Positions 1-12,853 of a stretch of 64,000 nucleotides of DNA are shown in pieces; within the stretch, counting starts at the first letter, position 1, and each line of letters starts with the position of its first letter. Below the pieces are notes generated by a model. It was not told where the DNA came from. It searched no databases and was given only the letters and a program-made list of their open reading frames with translations. The DNA is from Mobula hypostoma (taxonomy: Eukaryota), in contig NC_086097.1 in NCBI RefSeq assembly GCF_963921235.1, forward strand, positions 231,882,001 to 231,946,000, given 5' to 3'. The position numbers and the translations under genes are program-made.

Positions 1-94
1 TTAAATTTGCTACCTCCATGGGGTTTCAGGGCAACACTTGTATATGAATCTAAATATTTTAAATGCAATAACTGGATGATTACATTTATTTAGA

Positions 95-262
95 GTCATA
101 GATTCATAGAGCACGACTGCACAGAAACAGGCCTTTCGGCCCATCTTCTCCAAGCCACACTATTATTTTGCCAAGTCCCATTGCCCTCCCAGCCATGTAC
201 TCATCAAAAACTTCTCTTAAAGGTTGAAACCAAATCCACATCCATCATCTCCGCTGGCAGAA
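95..262 (-). mobile_element. Decayed CR1-type 3' tail remnant
   Basis: catagattcatagagc...acaggcctttcggccc resembles the reverse complement of the CR1 3' UTR/tail seen elsewhere in the window. Confidence 0.45.
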
Positions 263-1234
263 TTTGTATAATTCTACAATAATAACTGCATTACATATAC
301 AACCTTTTTTTTCAAATATGCACTCATTTTAAGGCAGCTATCGCATTTTCCACATGCTGAAAATGATAAAGGATATTTAATGTCAGGACAGTCAGTCGAT
401 GTTGATGTTTCAAACCAATCATTTGTTGGCATGCGGATGAGCTGAATAAATGGACATTCATGTTTAAACATTGCAGCGCTTTTAATGAACACCAGTAACA
501 ACATTTCAGCACAGTTATTAAATGAACCTTCTCTAGGACCTTGTGAAAAATTTCCTGTGCTTATTTTACAAAAGGGGGAAAAAAAGTTTATGAAAGAGTT
601 CACCGACAGCAAGAGTGATTTTCTGCAGATTCCAAATAATGTGTAGGAGAGGAGTCAGTCTGCACAGAGCATGCAGTAAAGCATTTTTACTGCTCAACAA
701 GCGTAAATCATGCAAGGCAGCAAGGAGCCGAGCCTAATTTCATTCTCAGGTTAGAATTCAAGCCGTCTCATTTATTAAGACCAGTTTTGATACACGCTTG
801 CTTTGAACCTTCTTCAGCTTCAGAGTTTGTTTCTGTACAACTCTGTATGTTTGTGATATTGTCACACATAATCATTTGGAGCACATTAGTTACAGCGAGA
901 CAGAGGCTGCAGTTCAGGTCAGTGTAACTTCTTGAGGTGGAATTACTCATGTTAATGCACATAAATAATGACTTTATAAATGAATAATGGTAATGTAATG
1001 TGTCCTCACCCCACACTTCCTTCAAAACATTGTACCAGACTGGAATGTATAGAAATCGTAATCCAGGAGCAAACTCATCGGAACTTAGTAACTGAACTAA
1101 CAAATCAATTAAAGGTGTGTGCTGTGGGTTGCTAAGTACCCCTAGACACACGAATCAGTGAAAAGACATTTCTAGATAGAATTTTGGAAATGATAAAACT
1201 AAGTGATCTAGTGATAAATGAACTTTGTAAAATA

Positions 1235-1330
1235 TGACGAAGGGTCTTGGCCTGAAACGTCGACTGCACCTCTTCCTACAGATGCTGCCTGGCCTGCTGC
1301 GTTCACCAGCAACTTTGATGTGTGTTGTTT
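1235..1330 (+). mobile_element. Penelope-like element terminal fragment with degenerate hammerhead-like core
   Basis: tgacgaagggtcttggcctgaaacgtcgactg...gatgctgcctggcctgctg; same motif as 45127-45200 and the minus-strand copy at 4340-4386. Confidence 0.65.
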
Positions 1331-1369
1331 GTGAAATATAGTAGTTCTTTCAGGAAGTAAAATTCTTGT

Positions 1370-2360
1370 TTCTTTAGCGATACAGCATGGAACAAGACTT
1401 TTTGGTCTATTGAGCCGCACTGCCCAGCAACCCACTTATTTAACGTTAGCCTGCATTGTATCGGTTAGTAGGTTACGTAAGGGGGTTTCGTCTCTTATGT
1501 TACTGCGTAGGCTAATTAAAATGGCTTCTTTGTTATGTTATACTTGGGAATGCTTCTTTGTTATATTAAATGCTGAGAAAGTCCTCCCGCTAGCAGTTTG
1601 TTGAATCACGTTACTGATAAGAAGATGTTATGAACCAATTGGGATAGCTGTTATGTTTTTGGTGTATCTGTAAGATATTGTATGCGCGGCGTTTTGGGGG
1701 AGAAGGCGGGAGAGAGAGACAGAGGATGGACCAGGTGCTGTGATGTCCGCTAAGGGGGTCGGACCCTGAGGAGGGCGTTCGGCGAGGAGACGGAGACAGA
1801 CTCGTGTGGAGCGTCTGGTCGACCACCGTCATTGGTCCCAGGTGGCTGGTCGAGGTGGTCAGAGGGGTCGCAGGGCGAAGAAGAAGAGTCCTGAGCTCCA
1901 ACTGTTTGTGCACGAAGAGATTGAACTTTGATAAGTGTGGCACCTTTTATTTTCCTTTTATATTTTATTCTCTATTAATTATATAGTTCCAGTAATATCT
2001 ATAAACTGTAAATCATTTAATCGTGTCCGGTGTATTGTCTGTTATTTGGGCGGGGTGGGGTACATCACACAGCATCCACACAAACTAATTACCCAGTTTG
2101 GCGGGGCCGAGGGCTGTTTCCCTGGACGACAGTGAGCCAAGCGACCCTGAGGTTGGCCAGGGGGCCTACAGTTAATTGGTCATTGTAAATTGTTACAGGA
2201 CTTTGTTCTTGGACTTTGGGAGGAAACCGGAGTGTCCAGAGGAAACCCACACATTCCATCCCTGCAAACTCCTTGCAGTCAGTGTCACAATTGAACTCTG
2301 AACTCTGATACCCTGAGCTGTAATGGCTTTGAGCTGACTGCTACGCTACTGTGACACCCT
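1370..2360 (-). mobile_element. HE1/V-SINE-like SINE interrupted by a solo LTR
   Basis: V-domain-like ggaggaaaccggagtgtccagaggaaaccc at 2219-2250; matches the other copies at 9045 and 61293. Confidence 0.65.
1476..2170. mobile_element. Solo LTR (~695 bp), Gypsy-like
   Basis: Begins cgta (likely a mutated TGTA), ends taca; 4-bp TSD GTTA at 1472-1475 and 2171-2174; removing it restores SINE sequence ggttagtaggttaattggtc. Confidence 0.75.
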
Positions 2361-2387
2361 TATTAAATTGAGAGCTATGTTAAGCAC

Positions 2388-3710
2388 AGCATAAGACACA
2401 GGAGCATGATTAGGCCATTCAGCCCATCGAGTCCTCCCACCATTTCATCATGGCTGATCCCAGATCCCATCCAACCCCATGCACCTGCCCTCTCACCATA
2501 CCCCTTGATGCTGCAACCAATCAGGAATCTATCAACTTCCGCTTTAAATATACCCACGGACTTGGGCTCGATCACAGTCTGTGGCAGAGTATTCCACAGA
2601 TTCACCACTCTTTGGCTAAAAAAATTCCTTCTTACTTCTGTTCTAAAAGGTCGACCCTCAATTTTGAGGCTGTGGCCTCTAGTTCTGGATACCCCCACCA
2701 GAGAAAGCATCCTCTCCTCATCCACCTTATCCAGTCCTTCCAACATTCGGTAGGTTTCAATGAGATCCCCACGCATTCTTCTAATTTTCAGTGAGTACAG
2801 GCCCAAAGTTGCCAGATGCTCCTTTTATGTTAACCTCTTCATTCTTGGAATCATCCTCATGAACCTCCTCTGGATTCTCTCCAATGACAACACTTCCTTT
2901 CTGAGATAAGGGGCCCAAAACTGTTGACAATACTCCAAATGCAGCCTGGCTAGTGTCTTATAGAATTCTGGCATTATCTCCTCGTTTTTATATTCTATTC
3001 CCCTTGAAATAAATGCCAAAGTTGCATTTGCCTTCTTTACCACAGACTCAACCTGTGAATTAACCTTCTGAGAGTCTTGCATGAGGACTCTTAAGTCCCT
3101 CTGCACCTCTGATGCTTGAACCTTCTCTCCATTTAGATAATAGTCTGCACTATTGTCCTAACGCTGCATTCCATCTTCCACTTTTCTGCCCATCCTTCAA
3201 GTTTGTCAAAGTCCTGCTGCAATCGCATTGCTTCCTCAGCACTATCTACCCCTCCACCTATCTCTGTATCATCCGCAAACTTTGCCACAAAGCCATCAAT
3301 TCCATTATCTAAATCATTGACAAACAATGTGAAAAGTAGCAGTCCCAATATTGACCCCTGGGGAACACCAGCCAATCAGAAAAGGGCCCCTTTATTCCCA
3401 CTCACTGCCTCCTGCCTGTCAGCCATTCCGCTATCCATGCCAGTATCTTTCCTGTAATGCCATGGGATTTTATCTTGTTAAGCAGCCTCATGTGAGGCAC
3501 CTTATCAAATACCTTCTGAAAATCTAAGTAAATGACATCCACTACCTCTCCTTTGTCCACCCCGCTTGTTACTTTCTCGGAGAATTCTAACAGATTTGTC
3601 AGGCAAGATTTCCCTTGACAGAAACCATGCTGATTTTGACTTATTTTATCATCTGTCTCCAAGTAACCCAAAACATTGTCCTTAATAATGGACTCCAGCA
3701 CTTTCCCACC
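2388..3710 (-). mobile_element. Older CR1 LINE, 5'-truncated, RT region with deletions
   Basis: ORF fragments QHGF...CLTNLLEF, YLDFQKVFDKVPH, GVPQGSILG, KFADDT, NFFSQRVVNLWN. Confidence 0.92.
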
Positions 3711-3788
3711 ATTATGCTGGCCTGTGTCATTCTGGCTGCAGTGGAACTTTTAACCACTAAGGAGCTGTACAGAGGAACAAACACAGAA

Positions 3789-4305
3789 TGCCATAGAGGG
3801 AGTACAAAGAAGGTTCACCAGATTGATTCCTGGGATGGCAGGTCTTTCATGTGAAGAAAGACTGGATGAACTGGGCTTGTACTCGTTGGAATTTAGAAGA
3901 TTGAGGGGGGATCTGATTGAAACGTATAAGATCCTAAAGGGATTGGACAGGCTAGATGCAGGAAGATTGTTCCCGATGTTGGGGAGGTCTAGAACGAGGG
4001 GTCACAGTTTGAGGATAGAGGGGAAGCCTTTTAGGACCGAGGTTAGGAAAAACTTCTTCACACAGAGAGTGGTGAATCTGTGGAATTCTCTGCCACAGCA
4101 AACTGTTGAGGCCAGTTCATTAGCTATGTTTAAAAGGAAGTTAGATATGGCCCTTGTGGCTACAGGGGTCAGGGGGTATGGAGGGAAGGCTGGGTTCTGA
4201 GTTGGATGATCAGCCATGATCATAATAAATGGCGGTGCAGGCTCGAAGGGCCGAATGGCCTACTCCTGCACCTATTTTCTATGTTTCTATGTTTCTATGT
4301 TTCTA
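3789..4305 (+). mobile_element. Young CR1 3' fragment inserted in a Penelope-like terminus
   Basis: ORF2 C-terminus, 3' UTR and (TTTCTATG)n tail; flanks acacagaatgc / aactcagcagg rejoin as Penelope terminal sequence. Confidence 0.93.
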
Positions 4306-5005
4306 ACTCAGCAGGTCATGTAGCATCTGTGGAGTGGAAGAAACAGTAATTGTTTCTGGCTGAGATCCTTCAACAGGACTGGAAAGAATAAGGGATGAAA
4401 CCATAGGTAAAAAGGTTTTTTTTTAACGTGTCAACCAGACAGTCAGCTATTCTCGTCCGGCGTGTGGTGTCAGGTTTAGTCTCCTTTAGGATTAACCGGG
4501 TCACGAGATGAATGTTCCTGACTCGACCTTTTTTTTTACGAGGCCAAGTGGCTAGCTCGACGCTCAACCTGGCATGGATGGAAAGCGTGCTCGGGGGGGT
4601 GGCCCGATGTGGATTCAGACTCGGGAGCCTTCGCTCCGGAGCCCGGCACTGATGCTATTGCGCTACCAGCCGGCCCGATAAGAAGGTGGGGGGAGGGGAA
4701 GTACAAGCTGGCAGGTGACAGCTGATCCAGGTGAGGGGGAAGATAGGTGGGTGGTTGATGTGAGAAACAGGGAGGTGATAGGTGGAAGAGGGAAAAGGCC
4801 AAGGAAGAAGGAATCTGATAGGAGAAGAGAGTGGAGCGTGGGAGAAAGGGAAGGTCGAGGGGCACCAGATGGGCAGGTGAGGAGAAGAGAAGGGGTAGGA
4901 GGGGAACCAAAATGGGGAATAGAAAAAGAGAGGAGGAGGAGCGGGGAGAAATCGATGTTCATGCCATCAGGCTGGAAGCTACCCAGGCAAAATATCAGGT
5001 GTTGC
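4306..5005 (-). mobile_element. Penelope-like element 3' fragment (GIY-YIG C-terminus, UTR, terminal repeat)
   Basis: EQHLIFCLGSFQPDGMNIDFS in ORF 4663..5097 matches the C-terminal end of Penelope GIY-YIG ORFs; pyrimidine-rich UTR; hammerhead-like terminal motif. Confidence 0.75.
4420..4676 (-). mobile_element. tRNA-derived SINE nested in the Penelope fragment
   Basis: Minus strand ggccggctggtagcgcaatag (A-box-like) and gagtctgaatcc (B-box-like); A-rich end; related copy at 60941. Confidence 0.7.
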
Positions 5006-5044
5006 TCCCCTCGCAGTCCCTCAACCCCACGTTTGACTCTCAGA

Positions 5045-7440
5045 TTACTTATCCGTAATGTAAATTCACACACCAAGCCAGAGATCAAATAGGTCAAACC
5101 AGTTCTAAAGGTGGTGAAAACCTGGCCCGAGGGTGCAATCTCTGCCCTGCAGGACTGCTTTGATAATACGAACTGGAAATGTTCTGGAGGCTGTCATGCT
5201 AACATTGAGAAATACGTGGATCCTGCGACCAGCTACATGGAGAAGGGTACTGAGAATGTTAGCATCACCCAACACATCCCGGGTGAGGGCAAATCAGAAG
5301 TCATGGCTTTCCGCAGAGGTCTGTGCATGGCTGAGGGATCGTGATACTGCCTTTAGATCGGGGGATGTGACAGCTCTCGGGAAAGCGTTTTCCAGCTCCA
5401 TCAGGAAGCTGAAATGGGAGCACTCTCAGAGAATTTGCAGCCACCTCTGCAATACCAGAGACATGAGGTTGAGTGTAGTAGGGAAATCAGAGAATTATAG
5501 ACTACACATCTACCCTGCGTGTCAGTGACCAGGATGCTACACACCCTGCGAGGCTGAACGTCTTCTACACCCGGTTTGGTGCACAGAATAAAGTGCAGGT
5601 GAGGAAGGCACCCCTCCCCTAGGGGTGCAGACACTCCGCCAGTCCGAAGCTGAGGTGAGGAAGACCCTGGCCAGAATCAACCTATGCAAAGCTGCAGGGC
5701 CTGATAACATACCAGGTCAGGTTTTGAGAGACTACGCAGCCCTGCTGATGGAGGTGCTGATGGAAAAATTCAACATCTCTCTGGAACAATCCATTGTCCC
5801 CTCAGTTTTCAAGGCAGCAGCCATCATTCCAGTGCCAAAGAAGGTGATGGTAACCTGCCTAAATGACTATCTTTCAATTAAGTGCGTCAGGTTCCTGGGA
5901 CTTCACATCACGAATGACCTCACTTGGTCGCTTAATATCACCTCCCTGAGCAAGAAGGCACAGCAGCACCTCCACTTTCTAAGGAGACTGAGAAAAGTGA
6001 GGGTCCCCCTACCCCCATCTTAACTGCGTTTTACAGGAGCACCAGTGAATGTGTCCTGACAAGTTGCATCTTGATCTCGTATGGGAGCAGTCAAGCGTCA
6101 GAGCAGAAGTCCCTACAAAGGACTGTGAACAGCTGAGAGGATCATAGGAGTGTCCCTGCCATCCATCGGGGACATTTATCAGGAGATCTGCGAACGCATG
6201 GCTCTTGGGATTATTAAAGATCCCATTCATCTATCCATCATCCTTTTTGACTCTCCACCATCAGGCAGGGGACTTTGATGCATAAAAAGGAAGAACAGTC
6301 AGGATGGGAAACAGTTTCTTTCCCCAAGCAATTAGGCTTCTGAACTCCCTGCCGCATTGTATTCGAAGTGTCACTGGTTAATCTGTTCCGTACTTTACAA
6401 TATTTAACATTAATGTTTGCTATTTATGTGTGATTCATCTGTAGATTTTATTCTTATCTTTCATGAGTTATTGCATGTCATGTGTACTACCGTGCTTTGG
6501 AGAAACATTGTCTCACTTCTATATACATTCTATATACATTATATATGTGGATAAATGTGAAGTTATCCACTTTGGTGGCAAAAATAGGAAAACAGATTAT
6601 TATCTGAATGGTGGCCGATTAGGAAAAGGGGAGGTGCAACGAGACCTGGGTGTCATTATACACCAGTCATTGAAAGTGGGCATGCAGGTACAGCAGGCGG
6701 TGAAAAAGGCGAATGGTATGCTGGCATTTATAGCGAGAGGATTCGAGTACAGGAGCAGGGAGGTACTACTGCAGTTGTACAAGGCCTTGGTGAGACCACA
6801 CCCGGAGTATTGTGTGCAGTTTTGGTCCCCTAATCTGAGGAAAGACATCTTTGCCATAGAGGGAGTACAAAGAAGGTTCACCAGATTGATTTCTGGGATG
6901 GCAGGACTTTCATATGAAGAAAGACTGGATGAACTGGGCTTGTACTCGTTGGAATTTAGAAGATTGAGGGGGGGGATCTGATTGAAACGTATAAGATCCT
7001 AAAGGGATTGGACAGGCTAGATGCAGGAAGATTGTTCCCGATGTTGGGGAAGTCCAGAACAAGGGGTCACAGTTTGAGGATAGAGGGGAAGCCATTTAGG
7101 ACCGAGATTAGGAAAAACATCTTCACACAGAGAGTGGTGAATCTGTGGAATTCACTGCCACAGGAAACTGTTGAAGCCAGTTCATTGGCTATGTTTAAGA
7201 GGGAGTTAGATATGGCCCTTGTGGCTACAGGGGTCAGGGGGTATGGAGGGAAGGCTGGGGCGGGGTTCTGAGTTGGATGATCAGCCACGATCATAATAAA
7301 TGGCGGTGCAGGCTCGAAGGGCCGAATGGCCTACTCCTGCACCTATCTTCTATGTTTCTATGTTTCTATGTTTCTATTATATGGTTATATACGTTATACA
7401 TATATGTCATGAAACGGTTATAAACTTGACTTGACTTGGC
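5045..7440 (+). mobile_element. Rex1/Babar-type LINE remnant with internal deletion; 3' UTR interrupted by a CR1
   Basis: VKTWPEGAISALQDCF, KAAGPDNIPG, IIPVPKK..CLNDY, FLGLHITNDLTW, KKAQQHLHFLRRL; (ACTTG)n tail near 7425. Confidence 0.85.
6545..7376 (+). mobile_element. Young CR1 3' fragment
   Basis: Near-identical to the other young CR1 copies; frameshift in the G-run near 6970; (TTTCTATG)n tail. Confidence 0.95.
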
Positions 7441-8221
7441 TCCAGCCTGAATGTGGCCTCATTGTGATAGTGGAGGTTTGCTCCTCTAATCTGAGAGTGT
7501 GTACGTCATGGCACTAATAGTGGCCTTGCTAAAACCTTAAAAAATCCTTGAAAATAACTCTGCAACATTGCTCCCTGTGTTAAACATGAAGTGCTTTTAT
7601 TTTATTTATGTACATTTTCTACTCAAGGTTTATCACACTAGATAAATGATATGTAAAAGATAAAATGAAGGATTATAAAGACAAGCGTGAAAACAGTGAC
7701 AGGAATCATACGTAGAGTCAGGAAGTGGGGTACAGTTGAACTTTGAATATGAAAACTGGCTTGAGATGACATCATTTCAAAGTATGAATTTTGATTTGCA
7801 AATTTAGTTTCTAAATTATAATGGTTAAAACAACTCAGGACTAACATTTGGAAACATGGGTTGGGAATCTTAGTATCCTTTACCACAAACCAAGCCAAAA
7901 CCTGGACAAGTCTTGAAGGGCATACTTAGCAAAATGGGTCTGCCGTAGTAATGAGGGGTAATCCTATTTGATTTCTGTGTCATTGATCTACTTGTTACAG
8001 ATGCATCTACCTGTGATAGCATTGATGGGAGTGACTATTAATAGTTCTTGTGGAGACATAACCCTGCCTTCACAAGAAACACACTGTCATGTTCTGTGGC
8101 ACTGGAGCCATACGCTCAGAACAGATCATGTTGTTCAAATCTGGGAATCCATGAGGCATTGTGGACTATCTGCAGCAGCAGAAATGTATCCTGAATGATA
8201 TGTAACTTCACGTCTCATCTT

Positions 8222-8637
8222 AGACCAAAAGACACAGGAGCGGAATCAGGTCATTCAGCCCATCGAGTCTGCTCCGCCATTCCATCATGGCTGATTCCGG
8301 ATCCCACTCAACCCCATACATCTGCCTTCTCACCATAACCTTTGATGCCCTGACCAATCAGGAAACGATTAACTTCCACCTTAGGTACACCCACGGACTT
8401 GAACTCCACTGCAGTCTGTGGCAGAGTGTTCCACAGATTCACTACTCTCTGGCTAAGAAAAATTCCTCCTTGCCTCTGTTCTAAGAGGTTGTCCCTCAAT
8501 TTTGAGGCTGTGCCCTCTAGTTCTGGATACCGCACCATACGCAACATCCTCTCCACATCCACCTATCTAGTCCTTTCAACACTCGGTAGGTTTCAATGAG
8601 ATCCATCTGCATTCTTCTAAATCCCAGTGAGTACAGG
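8222..8637 (-). mobile_element. Older CR1 3' fragment
   Basis: SQRVVNLWNTLPQ motif and 3' UTR. Confidence 0.85.
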
Positions 8638-8714
8638 AATTTATCTCTTATTTTACCATTACTGTCACACCAGTGCATCAATCCTGGTTCAGTATGGTGA
8701 ACTGAACTGTCGCT

Positions 8715-9325
8715 GCCTTTATGGAGTTTGTATGTTCTACATGTGAGCATGTGGGTTTCCTCCAGGTGCTCTGGTGTCCTCCCACGTTCCAAAGATGTAC
8801 GGGTCAGGCTCAGTAAATTGTCGGCATGCTATGTTGGCTCTGTAAGTGTGGCGACACTTGCCAGCACAATCCTTGCTGCTTTTGTTTGACGCAAACGAGA
8901 TTTCACCATATGTTTTGATGCATATGTGGCAAATAAAAGTTAATCTTAGATCTTAATCTTATCGAAGAGCAGACCAAAAGCAGAAGGAGGCAGTTCAGAG
9001 AAAAAGAGGTGTCAGACTCACAATGAGTTAACGCAGTTTCTTCCACAGTGGCATAATGGTGAGTACAACACTTCACAAGTACAGGCGACATAGGTTCAAT
9101 TCCCACCGCTGCCTGTAAAGAGTTTGTATGTTTTCCCTGGGACTGTGTGATTTTCCTCTGGGTGATCCATTTTCCAACTGCTTTCCAAAGACATGCCGGT
9201 TGGTGGGTTAATTGGTCATTGTAAATTGTCCTGTGATCAGGCTAGGGTTAAGTTGGAGTGGCACGGCTCAAAGGGCCAGAAGAGACTATTCCGTACAGTA
9301 TTTCAATAAATAAATAAATAAACAA
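8715..9325 (+). mobile_element. Two HE1/V-SINE-like copies (about 8715-8960 and 9045-9325)
   Basis: B-box-like ggttcaattccc at 9093; V-domain ggagtttgtatgtt...gggtttcctcc; (AATA)n tail. Confidence 0.7.
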
Positions 9326-9824
9326 ACAACGCCAAGTTGGCTATTTGACCAGTGATATGGCTGGCTGTCTCACCGGTCAGATCGCCAAATTGGCATGGAA
9401 GAATCTGAGTTACATGATCTCACAACCAGTGGAAAGATCTTGGTGCCACATCTTGGTGGTAGACATTTAAACATCCAAGAGATTCCCTCATTCTAATGGT
9501 GCCATTGGATTGCTGAAGCCAAGACTGAAGACTCTGCAGCTATGTTCAAGCAGAAGTGCTGAGTGGATGATCTTCTTGAGATCTCCCACAGAAGCTGGAC
9601 CTCAAGGTGGCATTAAGAAACATAAATTCATAAAGCCAAACTGCACAGGCCAAACTGACCTTTTCCCACACTGCTGGATGGCATTCAGAGATTTCTTTCT
9701 GCAATCAAAGATCTTGACTTTATCAACCTGGCCTTCAGCTCAAAGTCATTCTGTAGTGAAATCAGTTCTTCCTCCATCTTTACTGTTAATTCCTCTCTGC
9801 AAGTGCTCAGGAATGGATTTACCC

Positions 9825-10518
9825 CAAAGGCGGGAGGAGAAGATGGCGGCGCGACGCAGCTCGCAGCGGCCAATCCGGTGGTGATGTCTGTTATTTGTCA
9901 AGTAGGGTGCCGTGCACAATCCTGATTTGATGGAGACGGACGTGAGAGCACAGAGGAACATCTGGTGAAACTTCTGAAATGCCTGCTTCGCTGCTGCTGC
10001 TACTGTGTGATCCAGAATCTCCAGAGGAGAAGGCCCCGAGTCCCCGGCTTTGCTTGTTGCTCGGCGGCCGGGGCGGGGTCGAAGCGCTCAGCAGAGGATG
10101 GCGCTCGGAGTGGCTGCGTCCGAGGGGCTGGTCGGAAGCTCGAAGTTTTCGGACAGACTCAGAGTCCACTGCAGTCGGGTGTTTCCAATGGCGTTGCATC
10201 GGCAAGTTGGCGGCGCTTGGATGTTCATGGCAGGGAGAGTTCCTCCCTTCTTACGCCTGTGTGAGATGATGATTCTATCAGGACTTTGAGACTTTTTTTT
10301 ACCGTGCCCATGGTCTGCTCTTTATCAAATTATGGTATTGCTTTGCACTGTTATAACTATATGTTATAATTATGTGGTTTTATCAGTTTTAGTCTTAGTT
10401 TGTCCTGTGTTTTCTTGTGAAATCATTCTGGAGGAACGTTGTATCGTTTTTTTAATGCATGCATTTCTAAATGACAATAAATGAAGACTGAGTGTCCTCA
10501 TAATCTAATCCAATCTAA
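9825..10518 (+). mobile_element. ~700-bp non-autonomous short retroposon, copy 1
   Basis: GC-rich head with AAGATGGCGGCG, AATAAA, (TAATC)n tail, TSD TTACCC at 9819-9824 and 10519-10524; interrupts the hAT reading frame. Confidence 0.8.
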
Positions 10519-12853
10519 TTACCCAATCTGGAATTTGGATTGAGAGAAGATCCTGAAATTTCTCTGACATGTCTTTATGCAGCTCATCCAGGAGGCACAG
10601 TATACCTGAAGATCAGCATCTGGTATTCGTTCTTTCTCCCTCATCCAACTTAGAGAGGCTCAGAAATGGGAAAAGTTTGTGATGGCCAATGGTGAACTTA
10701 ACTTGACTTTGATAAGATTCGTATAATTTCCTTGCAGTTAAAGATTGATTTTATTAAACTTTGCAAATAATTCTGACAAATAAGCAATGTCAAGCTTAAT
10801 ATTCTTGAGTTGATAACTGAATCAAGCATTTGAGTCTTCAACGAATTTTATCACAGTTTCAAAAAGTGTGTAGAAGCCTCTCAGGCAGTTTCCTTTTAAG
10901 AGTCATCTGACTTCTGTGTAGAACAGCAAGCATTCAAACTGTTCATCATTCTCAACACAAAGCTCTTGCAATAGTCAAGAATTGAGAGCATGGGAGTTGA
11001 TTTTATTTACCACTGTGATAACAGTATTTAATAATTTGTGCAATTAATCACTTGGGTTTTTTTGTGACAAGATGCTGTCTGTGAATTGCACTGTGAATGA
11101 TAAATATGGTAGGTACTGCTTATTTCAAGAAAGTAATAATCCCCCGGTGGTGGCCTGCCATTGATGGTGACCCAGCTGTTGCACAAGCAAGGATGTTGGT
11201 GAACAAAATGTCCGTCTCTTTGAAAAATTGGTCAACAACCTGAAATATTGACTCTCCCTTCATATCTGTTTCTAGTCCTCTTGTAAATAACAACTCTTGA
11301 ATTATGCTTTCATCTTTTTTGAAGTGAACATAACCAAGAAGCAAAGATTCGCTGCCTGGCAAAGTTGATTCATCCAACTGAACAGCGAATTCTGTTGACC
11401 TAAGTATGTTGTGCAGTGTGTCTTCCACATTCTCAGACAGTTCAACTATTTATCTTTTAACAGCGTTTTCACTGGGTGGGATCATTTTAATTATTTGGTC
11501 TGGTGACTCATGCAAAACCTCCCTTAGTGCTAGCAGAATCAGTTCTTCTCCAATTGTATTGGACTTTCCTGATTTAGCAATGAACAATGAAATGTTGTAC
11601 GAAGCATGCAAAGCATTACTGTTTTGTTGTGAAGTGCTGGCAACCATGTTTTCAAGTGTTTTCTGTTTCTGAAATCTTTCATGTAGTGACTGAAAAATAA
11701 CTCAAGTTCTTGTTTGCTCTCTTCAAAAGTTATTCTTTTCAAGTGTTCATGGAGCCTGGACAATTTCATTGCCTCATTTGAAAACAAAACATTTTCACTC
11801 AACAGACATATTGCTGCTGTTGGCTCCTTGGTGCTGGTATAAATCCATTATTTCAGTTACTCCACACTATACTGTCCACACCTCTTGGTCTACTTCTGCT
11901 ATTTTTGTTGTGGATTAATGACCCTGGTCAGTCACCTGTTTTTTAAGCCCAACCTCAAGCACTGTGATCAATAAAGGGAATTGTTATGACATCATCATAA
12001 CTCATCCAAAACTTGGCTCTCTGTCTGAAAGTACATAAAGTGGGACAGCGATATCTCAGTTGGGCTATGGGCTAGAGAAATGCAGTCAAGACCATTCGAA
12101 AGGACGGAATCTGAACCCTACCCCATTGAATGCAATACCATAATTCACAGGAACTATGTCACTGCGAGATTAGAGTATGGGAACTAAGACCATAAGATCA
12201 TAAGATATAGGAGTAGAAGTAGGCGATTTGACCCATATAGTCTATTCTACTATTCAATCATGGACTGATCCAATTCTTCCAGTCATCCTCACTCCCCTGC
12301 CTTCTCACCATTCCCTTTGATGCCCTGGCTAATCAAGAACCTATATATCTCTGCCTTAAGTACACCCAATGACTTGGCCTCCACAGCCGCTTGTGGCAAC
12401 AAATTCCACAGATTTACCACCCTCTGACTAAAGTAATTTCTCTGCATCTCTGTTCTAAATGGATGTCTTTCAATCCTGATGTTGTGCCCTCTTGTCCTAG
12501 ACTCCCCTACCATGGGAAATAACTTTGCCATATCTAATCTGTTCAGGCCTTTTAACATTTGGAATGTTTCTATGAAATCCCCCCTCATTCTCCTGAACTC
12601 CAGGGAATACAGCCCAAGAGTTACCAGACATTCCTCATATGGTAACCCTTTCATTTCTGGAATCATTCCCATGAATCTTCTCTGAACCCTCTCCAATGTC
12701 AGTATATCCTTTCTAAAATAAGGAGCCCAAAACTGCACACAATACTCCAAGTGTGATAGAAACATAGAAACATAGAAAATAGGTGCAGGAGTAGGCCATT
12801 CGGCCCTTCAAGCCTGCACCGCCATTTATTATGATCATGGCTGATCATCCAAC

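Noticed and set aside
274..1151. 112-aa and 127-aa ORFs in unique sequence
   Set aside because: No recognisable domain and non-ATG starts; lengths are compatible with chance.
11120..11802. Domesticated ZBED5/SCAND3-like gene
   Set aside because: It has multiple frameshifts and nested insertions.
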